Shown one piece after another: positions 9,655 to 19,540 of a DNA stretch of 64,000 nt. The DNA comes from Candidatus Latescibacterota bacterium (GTDB lineage: Bacteria; Latescibacterota; UBA2968; GCA-2709665): the NCBI GenBank assembly GCA_963662665.2, contig CAXXJS010000028.1, positions 128,001 to 192,000 on the forward strand. Reading direction: 5' to 3'. The notes beneath the pieces were generated by a model. It made no database searches. It was not told the origin of the DNA and saw only the letters and a list, made by a program, of their open reading frames with translations. Made by a program: the position numbers and the translations under genes. The stretch's first letter is position 1. The number at the start of each line of letters is the position of its first letter.

Positions 9655-10137
9655 CCCGTGCCGGGTCCTTAGCCATTTTTGTTACGGCTAATAAAACGAG
9701 CGGGCACTCATATCCTCTCCCGTCTAACGTCTTCCGTCTAACTTCGGAAAGAGGTGAGCCGGGAGAGGGTAGAGGAAAAACCTGAAAGCGGGGAGCCGTG
9801 AGCCGGGAGACGGGAGAAGACATCCTTGCCCGATTGGTTCATCCTTTATGCCACCGGCAAGAAATGAAACCGCACGGGGCAGGCAATCTCTCCCCGCTTC
9901 CGTCTAACGTCTTACCCCGGGTGAGGTGGCCGGGGGGCGGGAGAGGAAAGACCTTGCCATCTGATGCGGCGCCAGGTCAAAAAGGATAGAGAGGGAACGC
10001 CGTGTTGAAACTTTCGCGTCATGATTTTGAAATTGACAAAAGCGTTTCACCTTAACCCGTGCCGCTTCAGTAGCCATTATTATTGCGGCCAATAAAACGG
10101 ACGGGCACTCATATCATCTCCCGTCTCCCGTCTACCC
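9655..10137. repeat. Heptamer-arm elements including an empty copy of the four-helix-bundle cassette
   Basis: Left flank GGGAGAGGAAAGACCTTGCCAnCTGATGCGGCGCCA recurs near 9939; right flank TAACCCGTGCCG..AATAAAACG..CGGGCACTCATATC..CCCGTCT recurs at about 10053-10137. Confidence 0.8.
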
Positions 10138-10156
10138 TTTTTATAGGAGTTTCGAG

Positions 10157-10846
10157 ATGATCAAGACTGTGGATTTACAGAAGGTTTACCGTACAGAAGA
10201 GGTCGAAACCACCGCGCTCCGAAACGTCAACCTGGAGATCAGTGAAGGCGAGTTCGTTGCGGTGATGGGGCCGTCGGGTTGCGGCAAGTCCACGCTGCTG
10301 AACGTGCTGGGGTTGCTGGATAACCCGACCGATGGAGAATACTATCTGAACGACGTGGAGGTATCGAAACACACGGAGCGGCAGAGAGCCGATGCGCGAA
10401 AGGCGAATATCGGGTTCGTGTTTCAGAGTTTCAATCTGATCGACGAGCTGACCGTGGCCGAGAATATCGAGCTGCCGCTCCTGTACCTCAAGATGCCGTC
10501 CAAAGAACGCAGGAAACGCGTGGACGAGTCGATGGAGTATATGGGCATCAAACACCGCGAGAAACACTTCCCGCAGCAGTTGTCAGGCGGCCAACAGCAG
10601 CGCGTTGCCGTGGCGCGGGCGGTTATCTCGAATCCGAATATTATCCTCGCGGATGAGCCCACCGGGAACCTGGACTCCGCCAACGGCAATGAAGTCATGG
10701 GATTGCTGACGGAGTTGAATAAGAACGGGACGACCATCGTCATGGTCACGCACAAAGCCCACGACGCGGGATTCGCCCATCGCGTCGTTCACCTGTTCGA
10801 CGGCCACGTGGTATCCGAGAATATCAGAGAACAGGCGCCGAATTAG
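10157..10846 (+). CDS. ABC transporter ATP-binding protein (MacB/LolD-like)
   Basis: Walker A GPSGCGKST, LSGGQQQRV signature, ILADEPTGNLD, VTH. Confidence 0.96.
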   Translation: MIKTVDLQKVYRTEEVETTALRNVNLEISEGEFVAVMGPSGCGKSTLLNVLGLLDNPTDGEYYLNDVEVSKHTERQRADARKANIGFVFQSFNLIDELTVAENIELPLLYLKMPSKERRKRVDESMEYMGIKHREKHFPQQLSGGQQQRVAVARAVISNPNIILADEPTGNLDSANGNEVMGLLTELNKNGTTIVMVTHKAHDAGFAHRVVHLFDGHVVSENIREQAPN

Positions 10847-10999
10847 CTCATGTCAATCACGAGCCAAGATTTACATGGATGGACAGGATAAGCAGGATAA
10901 GAACGAACGTCCCCGGAAAACGCACATCATTCCGGTCTGCAACGGCGAATCCGGTCGACGCCTTGCGTCATGAGTAGCGCTCACGATTGGCTCTCCCGA

Positions 11000-11962
11000 T
11001 CACAACGTACCCACGTGACCGGCGCGGATGGCCTCGCACAGGCGCATGGTCTGCACGGCGTCGTCCAGGGTTGACCATGGCGTGCGGTCTTCCAGAATAC
11101 AGTCGACGAAGTGGACGATCTCGTTGAAGCCGGCCCCGCCCACGGCCTCGATTTCGTCGTCTCCCACCGAAAACGCCTCACCCCGCACATACCCCTCCAC
11201 CCGCGGCGCTCTCGTCAGATCGAGATAGACCGACAGGTCCTCCGCGTGCACTTCCGCCCGCTGGATCCGATAACCCACGCCATAGTGGCTCATCAGCACG
11301 CCGAACGTGCCGGTGTCAAAGCGCACAACCGCGTTGTGGCGGTGGGCGACCGGGCGCTCGCCGTCCTGCACCATGCCCCGCACCTCAACGGGTATCGCCG
11401 CTTCCTCCGGGCCGGAGCCCGCCAGCCAGCGGATCAGGTCCACGTGATGGATGGCGTCGCAGATCACGGGGTCGGGCGTTGCGTCCTTGAACCGGACCAA
11501 CGGCTTGTTGTACGTGGCGGCGACGTGTACCGCCCCTCCGCCGGCCCGGATTCGTCGCCGGACGGCCAGCACCTGCGGATAGTATCGACGGTTGAACGAT
11601 ACGATGCCTTTGCCGGTGCTATCCCGGACGGCGCGCGCCATCTGCTCCGTCTCACCGGCGTTCATTCCCGGCGACTTCTCTACCGAGGTGTGAATCCCGC
11701 GTTCAAGGCAATCGAGCACGATAGGTAGCAGATGCCCTGGATCCGTGACCACGTAAACGACGTCCGGCCGGCACGCGTCGAGCATCTGCAGGTAGTCCGT
11801 AGAGGCCAGGTCCGGCGCCCATTCGGCCCGGTTCTTCCGCAGGCGCTCCTCGTTGAGTTCAGCGATGCCCGCCAGCCGAAGGCGGGGTTCGTCGGTAATC
11901 ATCTGCAGGTGCGACTGCGCGTGCCCGCCACAGCCGATCACCGCCGCTTTCAGATCAGTCAT
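11000..11962 (-). CDS. Gfo/Idh/MocA family oxidoreductase
   Basis: VIGCGG, VEKSP, SFNRRY, DAIHHVD; AGGAG RBS before ATG 11962. Confidence 0.9.
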   Translation of the reverse strand: MTDLKAAVIGCGGHAQSHLQMITDEPRLRLAGIAELNEERLRKNRAEWAPDLASTDYLQMLDACRPDVVYVVTDPGHLLPIVLDCLERGIHTSVEKSPGMNAGETEQMARAVRDSTGKGIVSFNRRYYPQVLAVRRRIRAGGGAVHVAATYNKPLVRFKDATPDPVICDAIHHVDLIRWLAGSGPEEAAIPVEVRGMVQDGERPVAHRHNAVVRFDTGTFGVLMSHYGVGYRIQRAEVHAEDLSVYLDLTRAPRVEGYVRGEAFSVGDDEIEAVGGAGFNEIVHFVDCILEDRTPWSTLDDAVQTMRLCEAIRAGHVGTL

Positions 11963-12002
11963 GTCAACTCCTTTCAATTCGGGAAGACGTTAGAAGGAAG
12001 AA

Positions 12003-12140
12003 CCTGAAAGCGGTGAGACGTGAGCCGGTAGACGGTAGAAGAGGTCCGTGCCCGATCGGTTCTTCCTTTTTATGCGACCGGCAAGAAATGAAACCGAACG
12101 GGGCAGGCGATTTCTACCCTCTTTCGTCTAACGTCTTCCC
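12003..12140 (+). repeat. Heptamer-arm dispersed element (core TGCCCGATnGG..CGGCAAGAAATGAAACCG..GGGGC)
   Basis: Similar to about 9800-9912, 14285-14410 and the inverted copy at 20700-20818. Confidence 0.8.
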
Positions 12141-12149
12141 GCCTTTAGG

Positions 12150-12260
12150 AGACCTACCCCTTTCCCGGTTCCTGAAAGGGGGGAACTTACATCGCTTGAT
12201 GTATACCTGGTTCTGCTCCCCCTCTCCCCTTGGGAGAGGGGGTCGGGGGGTGAGGGTCTC
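12150..12260. repeat. CCCCTCTCCC..GGGAGAGGGG palindromic repeat
   Basis: CTCCCCCTCTCCCTTGGGAGAGGGGGTCGGGGGGTGAGGG; relatives at about 14235-14272 and 49807-49932. Confidence 0.7.
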
Positions 12261-12282
12261 CCCGCTCGCCGCTGTCCGCCAC

Positions 12283-12345
12283 GTAGGGTAACAGGTGTTC
12301 GGATACATAGGTAACACTTTTCGGGGCGGCCCTTGTCGGTTGACG
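12283..12345 (-). mobile_element. Probable IS481-family terminal remnant
   Basis: AAGTGTTACCTATGTATCCGAACACCTGTTACC on minus strand (tandem TGTTACC), reading ..RKVLPMYP like IS481 transposase C-termini; no transposase remains. Confidence 0.4.
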
Positions 12346-12480
12346 ATTGATCGCTGCGAGCGGTGCGCCATTTTTTCAATTGACACCTCTGGATATCTAC
12401 AAGTATCATGACTACTACATATTATGAAGGGGTCTGGGGATTGTACAACATATAGGAGGTCGGAACTGGACCGGCAAGAG

Positions 12481-14229
12481 ATGAGCCACGAGGAGAACTA
12501 CTGTTTCGATGTCTCGGGCTACCTCATTATGCGGGGCGTTTTAACTCCCGAAGGGGTCAAAGCCTGCAATCGGGCGCTCGAGCGTGAGGGCCGCGCGAGT
12601 GGCATGCTGGGATGGCCCGCGCCGCATCGGGAGCCGTTCCGCGACCTGATGGTCCATCCCCTGCTGGTTTGGTACCTGAACCAGCTGATCGGAGACGGAT
12701 TCCGGCTGGACAGCGAACCGGAGCTCATCGGCAATGCGGACGGGGATAGCGGCGGCCTTGTCGGCGGCAATGAACCGATGGACGCCGGCCGGGCCTACTA
12801 CATCCTTAACGGCCGCCGGCACTGCCAGGGCATACGCGCTATCTGGGCGCTGTCGGATACGTGCGCGGAAGACGGCGGGTTTTCACTGGTGCCGTGCAGC
12901 CACAAGAGCAACGTGGAAACCCCGGACGACGTGCTGAACGGAAGAGACGATCTGGGACTGACCGTACAGCCGTTGCTGGAGGCGGGCGACCTGCTGCTGT
13001 GCGCGGCGACCCTGCTTCAGGGCGTACGTCCCGGAACGGGGGAGCACACACAGCGGTTGCTCCAGTACAAATACGCGGGGCACGCGGCGGTGCAATCCAC
13101 CGGCGCCGGACCGAAGACCCAAAGGGAGGATCAGCCGGAATGGATGGCGGAATTGACGCCGGAGCAGCGTGTCATGCTGCACAAGCCGGGATACAGGGAT
13201 ACGGACCCGCCTCCCACGCTCAGTTCGGATGGAGTGACGTGTCGGGTGGACCCGGAACCCGACCTGTCCCACCCCTCCATCTATATCAGGAATCCGGATT
13301 CGAACATCGACGAGAAGGAGTTTTATTTTTGGGACCTGTGCGGTCATCTCGTCCTCCGAAACGTGATGACTCCGGAAGACCTGGCGCTGGCGAACGAGGC
13401 GATAGACCGGTTTACAGACCGCATCGTGGTTGAAAGCGTGGATCTCGCCATGGGGTCAAAAAGCCTGGCCGGAACCGGGCGGCCCACCATGACCGGGCTG
13501 CTTGAAATGCCCAGACCCTACTGTGAACCGTTCCGGAAAATGCTCGCCCACCCTGCAGTGGTACACCGCCTCACCTGGATGGGCGGGAAGGGCTTCCGGT
13601 GTTCGGGCTTTGAGGCGATCTGTACGGCCAGGGGAGGCGCCGGACACTTTCTTCATGGCGGCAACGAACCGTTGAGTCCGTCTCGCAACTATACCTTCCA
13701 AAACGGCCGCAGCTATGCGTTGGGTGGCCCATCCGTCGGGGTGGCCTGGCAATTGCGGGACGTCGCCGAAAGCGACGGGGGCTTTGCCTGCGTGCCGGGA
13801 AGCCACAAGGCGCAGTACCGCATCCCTAAGGGCGTGTGGACCTGCGACGATGACATGGGGCTTGTGTTACATCCGCTGACAAAGGCCGGGGACGTCATCT
13901 TTTTCATGGACGGCCCGCAGGCGCACGGCGCTCTGGCGTGGAAGAGCGACGTGCCGCGGCGCGTTATCCTCACGCGGTACTCCTCGCGGCACTTCAACGG
14001 GGGGGCCGCAATGGCGACCCCGGAGGAGCGATGGGGGGATCTTCTTGAAGGGATGGGCGAGGCGCAACTGGCGGTGATGCGTGGGCCGGACCGCGACGAG
14101 AAGGGCAACAACGTGCCACGGCTGGTTTCGGAAAACGGAAGCATCGAAGTCATTTACGACCGGAGTCAGGGTGGGCTCTACACCAAAGCGACCCCGAAGG
14201 TGGCGCCTGGTTCTGGCGTTCGAGGGTGA
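12481..14229 (+). CDS. Tandem two-domain phytanoyl-CoA dioxygenase (PhyH)-like Fe(II)/2-oxoglutarate enzyme
   Basis: Two repeats of E.Y.(F/W)D..G.L..R.V, W.L.D....GGF..VP.SHK, AGD. Only domain 2 has LHGG and AHGALAW....RR. Confidence 0.85.
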   Translation: MSHEENYCFDVSGYLIMRGVLTPEGVKACNRALEREGRASGMLGWPAPHREPFRDLMVHPLLVWYLNQLIGDGFRLDSEPELIGNADGDSGGLVGGNEPMDAGRAYYILNGRRHCQGIRAIWALSDTCAEDGGFSLVPCSHKSNVETPDDVLNGRDDLGLTVQPLLEAGDLLLCAATLLQGVRPGTGEHTQRLLQYKYAGHAAVQSTGAGPKTQREDQPEWMAELTPEQRVMLHKPGYRDTDPPPTLSSDGVTCRVDPEPDLSHPSIYIRNPDSNIDEKEFYFWDLCGHLVLRNVMTPEDLALANEAIDRFTDRIVVESVDLAMGSKSLAGTGRPTMTGLLEMPRPYCEPFRKMLAHPAVVHRLTWMGGKGFRCSGFEAICTARGGAGHFLHGGNEPLSPSRNYTFQNGRSYALGGPSVGVAWQLRDVAESDGGFACVPGSHKAQYRIPKGVWTCDDDMGLVLHPLTKAGDVIFFMDGPQAHGALAWKSDVPRRVILTRYSSRHFNGGAAMATPEERWGDLLEGMGEAQLAVMRGPDRDEKGNNVPRLVSENGSIEVIYDRSQGGLYTKATPKVAPGSGVRG

Positions 14230-14284
14230 GGGTCTCCCCCTTTCCTTTAGGAGAGGGGGCCGGGGGGAGAGGTCGCGAAAAAGA

Positions 14285-14410
14285 GGTGAGACGGTAGAGG
14301 TGAGACGGTAGAAGACGTCTTTGCCCGATTGGATCTGCCTCTATGCCATCGGCAGGATATGAAACCGCCCGGGGCTGGTCATCTCTACCCTCTCCCGTCT
14401 TACGTCTCAC
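14285..14410 (+). repeat. Heptamer-arm dispersed element
   Basis: GTGAGACGGTAGA arms, same core as 12003-12140, CCCGTCTTACGTCT right arm. Confidence 0.8.
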
Positions 14411-15393
14411 CGCATTTCATCCGCCCGTTTCTTCATGGGATCGTAGCCGATCTTGAGCGGCAGTTCGATCAGTTCGCGTGTGCGGGCGGATTCGTGCATG
14501 GCCATCAGCAGTTCAGTCGCGGCCCGACCCTTCTCGCCGCTGCTCCGGTGTTCAGCTCCGCCTTCCACCCATGCGATCATTTCCCGCGTCTGTTCGAAAA
14601 ACCCCGGTTTGGCTTCTTCCCGGTATGTTGTGATGCCGTTCGTGTCTGTAAGGACCACTTCGTCGAGGGCGGCGTCAATCGTCCCCTCGCTACCCAGAAC
14701 GCGAAAGCGGAACCCGTCCGTTGGCGTCCTTTCGCCCATTTCCACCACCGCGCGGGTCCCGGTGCTGAAGGCGACAAGCCCCATGCTCGATTCTTCGGCA
14801 GGAGAACCCTGATACATGGTACCACGTATTCGTGACGCCTGTCCCATCACCCAGTCCGCCTCCGGGTCCCCGAGAAGGTAGCGCATCATGTCGACGATAT
14901 GGGTGCCGTTGTCCACAAGGCAGCTTGTGAGATAACTCCAGACCAGGCGGGGGTGTCCGATAGCGCTTTCCGCAATCAGGCGGCGCGCCTTATTGAAGTT
15001 GGGGCTCTGGCGATGGCGGTGGGCAATGACCAGCCGCGTATTGTTCTGCCTGCAGGCCTGGATCATACTGTCGGATTCGTCCAGGCTTAAACACATCGGT
15101 TTTTCGCAGAGCACGGCTTTCGCGCCGGCGTTGGCGGCGGCGATGGTCTGCTCGGCGTGGACCATCGGGTAGGTACATACGCTGACGAGATCGATATCGG
15201 ACTCGTACTCGAAGAGGTCTTGGTGAGAAGCGTAGCGGCCGGGAATGTTCAACTGGTCGCAGGTCCTGTTGAGGTTCTCCGGATTGACGTCGCAGGCGGC
15301 AACGAGCTGGACGTTGCCCTGTTCCAGGTAGGCCCTCGCATGGCGGCCGGAGATGTTGCCGCAGCCTATGAGGGCCGCTCGGTAGGAGAGCAT
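14407..15393 (-). CDS. Gfo/Idh/MocA family oxidoreductase
   Basis: LIGCGNIS, LCEKPM, DNGTHIVD. Confidence 0.92.
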   Translation of the reverse strand: MLSYRAALIGCGNISGRHARAYLEQGNVQLVAACDVNPENLNRTCDQLNIPGRYASHQDLFEYESDIDLVSVCTYPMVHAEQTIAAANAGAKAVLCEKPMCLSLDESDSMIQACRQNNTRLVIAHRHRQSPNFNKARRLIAESAIGHPRLVWSYLTSCLVDNGTHIVDMMRYLLGDPEADWVMGQASRIRGTMYQGSPAEESSMGLVAFSTGTRAVVEMGERTPTDGFRFRVLGSEGTIDAALDEVVLTDTNGITTYREEAKPGFFEQTREMIAWVEGGAEHRSSGEKGRAATELLMAMHESARTRELIELPLKIGYDPMKKRADEMR

Positions 15394-15618
15394 CGATGTC
15401 GCTCCGTGTGATGGGTTTGGACCATAAGCCGGTCCAGGTGGTTGCGCAGGCGGTAGGGTTTTTGCTTGAATGAACGGGTCATTTCAAATACCATGTCCCC
15501 GAACATTAATGCAGATCCCCGCTTTATATATACCATCGGCTTACGCGGAATTCAAGCGATGTAACGCCACGTATCCGAGCGGTCCCCCAACCGACCGTTT
15601 GCGGCAAGGACTGAAGCG

Positions 15619-16875
15619 ATGAAGATCACGGAGATCGAGGCGATTCCGCTACGGGTTCCCTATGAAGCCCGGATCCGGAAGGCGTACCATCACTTCGCGA
15701 TGCAGGAGGAAGTGACGGTATACAAATTTCATACGGATACGGGGCTCGAGGGGCTGGGCGAGAATCCCGGACCGCCGCTCGTACAGCAGGCGCTGGATGC
15801 CTACATAGGTACCGATCCCTTCGACCACGTGATGGGGCAGGGTCGGTTCAATCTGGATATGGCGTGCTACGATCTCATGGGGAAGCACCTGGGCCTGCCC
15901 GCGTGGAAAGTGATGGGGCAGCAGGCGCGTCATTGGGTGGCGATGGGGTGGTGGATGCCCAGCATGTCGCCGGAGGACACGGCGGCGGAAGTCCAGGAGG
16001 CGGCTGATCGCGGGTACCGCGGCTTGAAGTGCAAGGCGCGCGCGTTTTACGACGTGGTGGAATGCGCTCAGACGATTCAGGACGTGGCGCCGGCGGATTT
16101 CCGCGTGGAATTCGATTTCAACGGCGCGTTGATATGTGTGGAGATGGCGCTGCCTGTGCTGAGGGCGCTGGAGAAAATTCCCGTCGTCAAAGGCGTCGAG
16201 GAGCCGATCTTCGCATACGATATCGAAGGATGGCGGAGGCTGCACGGCGAGATCCGCATCCCATTCTATCTGCACGGCGTACGCGTGCTGTCCGAGGCGG
16301 CGTCAAGGCAGCCTTCCGGACCGTGGACGGGCCTTCGCGCCGGGGATTTTGAAGGCGCGTTGTGCAGCCACGAGTGCGTACGCGACGCGCTGGCGGCGGG
16401 GTGGACGTTCGCCGCGGCGAATACACCGATTCTACTGCAATACGTGGGCACGGGAATTACCACGGCGTTTGCGCTTCATCTGGGCGCCGTGATGCCCACG
16501 GCAACGTTGCCGGGGGTGACGGCCAGCCACTCGTACGAAGACGATCTGATCGTGGACGCGCATCCAGTCCAGCGGGGTTTTATGAAGGTCCCGGAGGCGC
16601 CTGGCCTGGGCGTGGCCCTGGATGAAGATGCCGTCGCGAAGTATCGGGAGACGCCCGCGGCGGAATGGCCCCGGCATCTGTCGGTGGTGACGTTTCCGGG
16701 CGGCGTCAGGCATTACTATCGAAACCTGCAGCAGGCCGAGAGGCTGATGAAGCAGGGCGTGGACGAATCCTTTGCGCCCGGCGTTCGGCTGGATGAGTGG
16801 GAGGACGACGGCAGCGGGCGGTTCGACGGTTTGTGGAAGCGCCTGCAGGCGCAGGATTGGCCGGTATGGGACTGA
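15619..16875 (+). CDS. Enolase superfamily (mandelate racemase/muconate lactonizing-like) enzyme
   Basis: MKITEIE start, TDTGLEGLGE, DMACYDLMGK, KxK (KCK), DFN, EEP, PGLGVALD. Confidence 0.85.
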   Translation: MKITEIEAIPLRVPYEARIRKAYHHFAMQEEVTVYKFHTDTGLEGLGENPGPPLVQQALDAYIGTDPFDHVMGQGRFNLDMACYDLMGKHLGLPAWKVMGQQARHWVAMGWWMPSMSPEDTAAEVQEAADRGYRGLKCKARAFYDVVECAQTIQDVAPADFRVEFDFNGALICVEMALPVLRALEKIPVVKGVEEPIFAYDIEGWRRLHGEIRIPFYLHGVRVLSEAASRQPSGPWTGLRAGDFEGALCSHECVRDALAAGWTFAAANTPILLQYVGTGITTAFALHLGAVMPTATLPGVTASHSYEDDLIVDAHPVQRGFMKVPEAPGLGVALDEDAVAKYRETPAAEWPRHLSVVTFPGGVRHYYRNLQQAERLMKQGVDESFAPGVRLDEWEDDGSGRFDGLWKRLQAQDWPVWD

Positions 16876-16896
16876 TTCCGAGAGAGGTGTGGATCG

Positions 16897-17859
16897 ATGA
16901 AAGCGGCTAGATTGGTGGCGCCCCGGCGGTGGGAAATTGCCGAGGTGGAGAGACCCGAAGCGAACGGGAAGATGATGCTCGTTCGCCTGGAGCGGGTGGG
17001 GATCTGCGGGACGGACAAGCCGGCGTTCTATGGCATCGGCGCCTCCTATCCGATGGGGTTGGGACAGACGGGACACGAAGGCCTCGGTATCGTAGAAGCC
17101 TGTGCCTCCGGCGCCTTTAACGTTGGCGACCGGGTGCTGCTCTGGGGCTTCGACCGGGGCTTGTTCCAGGAATACGTGCTGGCCGATCCCGCGGGGTGCG
17201 TCAGACTGCCGATGGGCCTTAAGCCGGAGGTCGCTCTGATGAGCCAGTTGTTAGGTACGGTTATCCACTGTTTCTACAAACTGGGCAACGTGATCAACAG
17301 GAAGGCGCTGGTGATGGGGCAGGGTCCGGTGGGACAACTGTTCAACGCCACCCTGCGCAACCTCGGCGCAAGGACCATTATCGGCGTGGACCCGCTTCCT
17401 CACCGTCTGGCGGTGTCGCCGAAGATGGGCGCCACCCATACGATCGATTCCGGGACGTGCGATCTCTCGGAGGCGGTTTCGGAAATCACGGGCGGGGAAA
17501 TGGTGGACTTGGCGGTGGAGGCCGTGGGCCGGGAATCCACGTTCAACCTTTGCGGGGACCTGCTGCGCCAGGACGGAACGCTGGTTTATTTCGGCGTGCC
17601 GAACAAGGAGAATGCCGAGGGGCGGATGACGCTGTCATTTATGGAAATGTTCAGGAAGGAACTGCAGATCGTAACTTCGGTGGGGCCAAATCCGGGCCTG
17701 GACTATACGCTTGCGCTGGACTGGATCACCCAGGGCCGGCTGGACGTGCGGCCGATTCTGACGCACCTGATGCCGTTCGAGAAGATCCAGGAGGCGTTCG
17801 AACTGGCGTTTGAACATCCTGAAACGGACAGTGCGGTAAAGGTGGTCCTGGCATTTTGA
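16897..17859 (+). CDS. Zinc-binding (MDR) dehydrogenase
   Basis: GICGTD, GHEGLG, GQGPVG; lacks the structural-zinc Cys loop. Confidence 0.9.
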   Translation: MKAARLVAPRRWEIAEVERPEANGKMMLVRLERVGICGTDKPAFYGIGASYPMGLGQTGHEGLGIVEACASGAFNVGDRVLLWGFDRGLFQEYVLADPAGCVRLPMGLKPEVALMSQLLGTVIHCFYKLGNVINRKALVMGQGPVGQLFNATLRNLGARTIIGVDPLPHRLAVSPKMGATHTIDSGTCDLSEAVSEITGGEMVDLAVEAVGRESTFNLCGDLLRQDGTLVYFGVPNKENAEGRMTLSFMEMFRKELQIVTSVGPNPGLDYTLALDWITQGRLDVRPILTHLMPFEKIQEAFELAFEHPETDSAVKVVLAF

Positions 17860-17973
17860 CGGGGCCGGTATCGGCTGTTTCGTTGATACGACCCGTCTCG
17901 GGATGGCCAATCAGGGAAACGTTCCCCGCACTGAATCTTCCAACTTGAAGCGAAACCGGAGTGTTGACTGGCA

Positions 17974-19515
17974 ATGCAATGGATGCTTCCCATTTTGTTG
18001 CTCTGGTTGGTGCCGGGGCATACCGAGGAGAAACCTGTAATGCGTGTTACGACGACGATTGATTTCGGTCAGGATGTCGGACAGAATTGGGGGTCGCTGT
18101 TCGAAGCCCGGGACAAGGAGGGACGTGTCGTATTTGGCGCGGGCTTTGTGGGTGTCTACAATACGGCGTTTCGGATGGATCGGTTCACGCTGCAGTTTTT
18201 CCTCCGCGACGACGAGGCAGAGGAGACATTCGAGGCCCTGCCGCCCTCTACGGAGGACGGCGGCAGTTACCTGTTCGACCTGGATGGCCGGGTGTACTCG
18301 TGCAGCTATCACCAGGACCGGACAGCGCGATGGTGGGACGACGAAGCGGGCGGGTGGCAGGCGGACGAGAGCTTCGGCGTGGGCGAAACCGTTGCCGGGG
18401 ACGGAAAAATGCGGGTTGCCGGAAAGATATTCCAGTTCAAGGGAGGCGAAGCCTGGTACGACGGAGAGCGGATATTGGGGCCGCCCGCGTCAGGACATCA
18501 TCACCATTTCTATTACGCCCTGGGCTATCTGACGTTCTTCCATAAGGACCATGATTCGGATCCGCCGTACACCAGGCTGTACGCTGTTCCGTGGAAGCCG
18601 GGAGATGGACCGGTCGACCTGGATAAGGCGGTGACGCTGGACCTGAAGTATCCCCAGGAGACGCCGTTCTCCATCGGACAACTCGGCGATGAGATCGTGA
18701 ATTCCTCCAATATGGGCGGCGTCTACGTATTCGACGGGTCCAAATGGAAGATTGTGCGGGCGTCACTGGCGGGCGTGAGTTTTCAGCTGTATTCGATGTT
18801 GAACTGGTACGACGAGATGCTCATCGCACAGTACCCCACGGGAAATCTCTTCAGGTACGATGGCAAGGCGCTTCGTCACCTTGAGGACTCGCCGCCGGTA
18901 ATGCCCGGCGTGTCCGGCAGTGCGCGCGAGGCGCAGACAACCGCAATCTACGGAGGGGACCTCTACGTGGGGGTGTGGCCCTGGTCCGAGTTGTGGCGGT
19001 ACGATGCGCACGGGCACGAGTGGAAGTTTGTGAGGCGAAACTTTCGGAAGCCGCCGATTACGGACAGGATGACGCATCCATACGAAGACCGGGTGGTTGC
19101 CTACAACGAGGAACATGGTACTGACCTGGTGATCAACGAATGGGGACAACGCGTAACCGGACTGGCGCCGAACGGAGACGCAATGTTCCTGTCCGTGAGC
19201 GCCAAGGGTTGCCCCGTCCGTGACATGCGGCATTCATTCCTGCACGATGACGAGGTGTGGAACCAGTACCGCATGGTCTACCGGGTAAGAAAACCGGGCA
19301 GCGTCTCCGTGCCCGTTGCCTGGACGGGAGAGCCGACGACGCTTGAGTTTGCGATTGGAGAGGAAAGGATCGGCATCGCACAGGACGGGAGGTCCCTGGG
19401 TTCAGCGCCGGTCCCCGCCGGGCGAGCCGGGGCGGCAATGGACGCGGATATCCGATGGGGCAACGGCATGTTCGGACCCCTGCGGGCAAAGATGCGGTCA
19501 AACGAAGTGGAGTAG
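17974..19515 (+). CDS. Hypothetical secreted beta-rich (propeller-like) protein
   Basis: Signal-like N-terminus; repeated GxVYxFDG / GNLFRYDG / ELWRYD blades; lies between co-oriented genes. Confidence 0.7.
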   Translation: MQWMLPILLLWLVPGHTEEKPVMRVTTTIDFGQDVGQNWGSLFEARDKEGRVVFGAGFVGVYNTAFRMDRFTLQFFLRDDEAEETFEALPPSTEDGGSYLFDLDGRVYSCSYHQDRTARWWDDEAGGWQADESFGVGETVAGDGKMRVAGKIFQFKGGEAWYDGERILGPPASGHHHHFYYALGYLTFFHKDHDSDPPYTRLYAVPWKPGDGPVDLDKAVTLDLKYPQETPFSIGQLGDEIVNSSNMGGVYVFDGSKWKIVRASLAGVSFQLYSMLNWYDEMLIAQYPTGNLFRYDGKALRHLEDSPPVMPGVSGSAREAQTTAIYGGDLYVGVWPWSELWRYDAHGHEWKFVRRNFRKPPITDRMTHPYEDRVVAYNEEHGTDLVINEWGQRVTGLAPNGDAMFLSVSAKGCPVRDMRHSFLHDDEVWNQYRMVYRVRKPGSVSVPVAWTGEPTTLEFAIGEERIGIAQDGRSLGSAPVPAGRAGAAMDADIRWGNGMFGPLRAKMRSNEVE

Positions 19516-19540
19516 TTTCCATCATCACGAGGACAGGAAA

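Noticed and set aside
9650-10137. Integron attC sites (TAAC at the stop codon)
   Set aside because: No matching GTTRRRY end box and no integron integrase.
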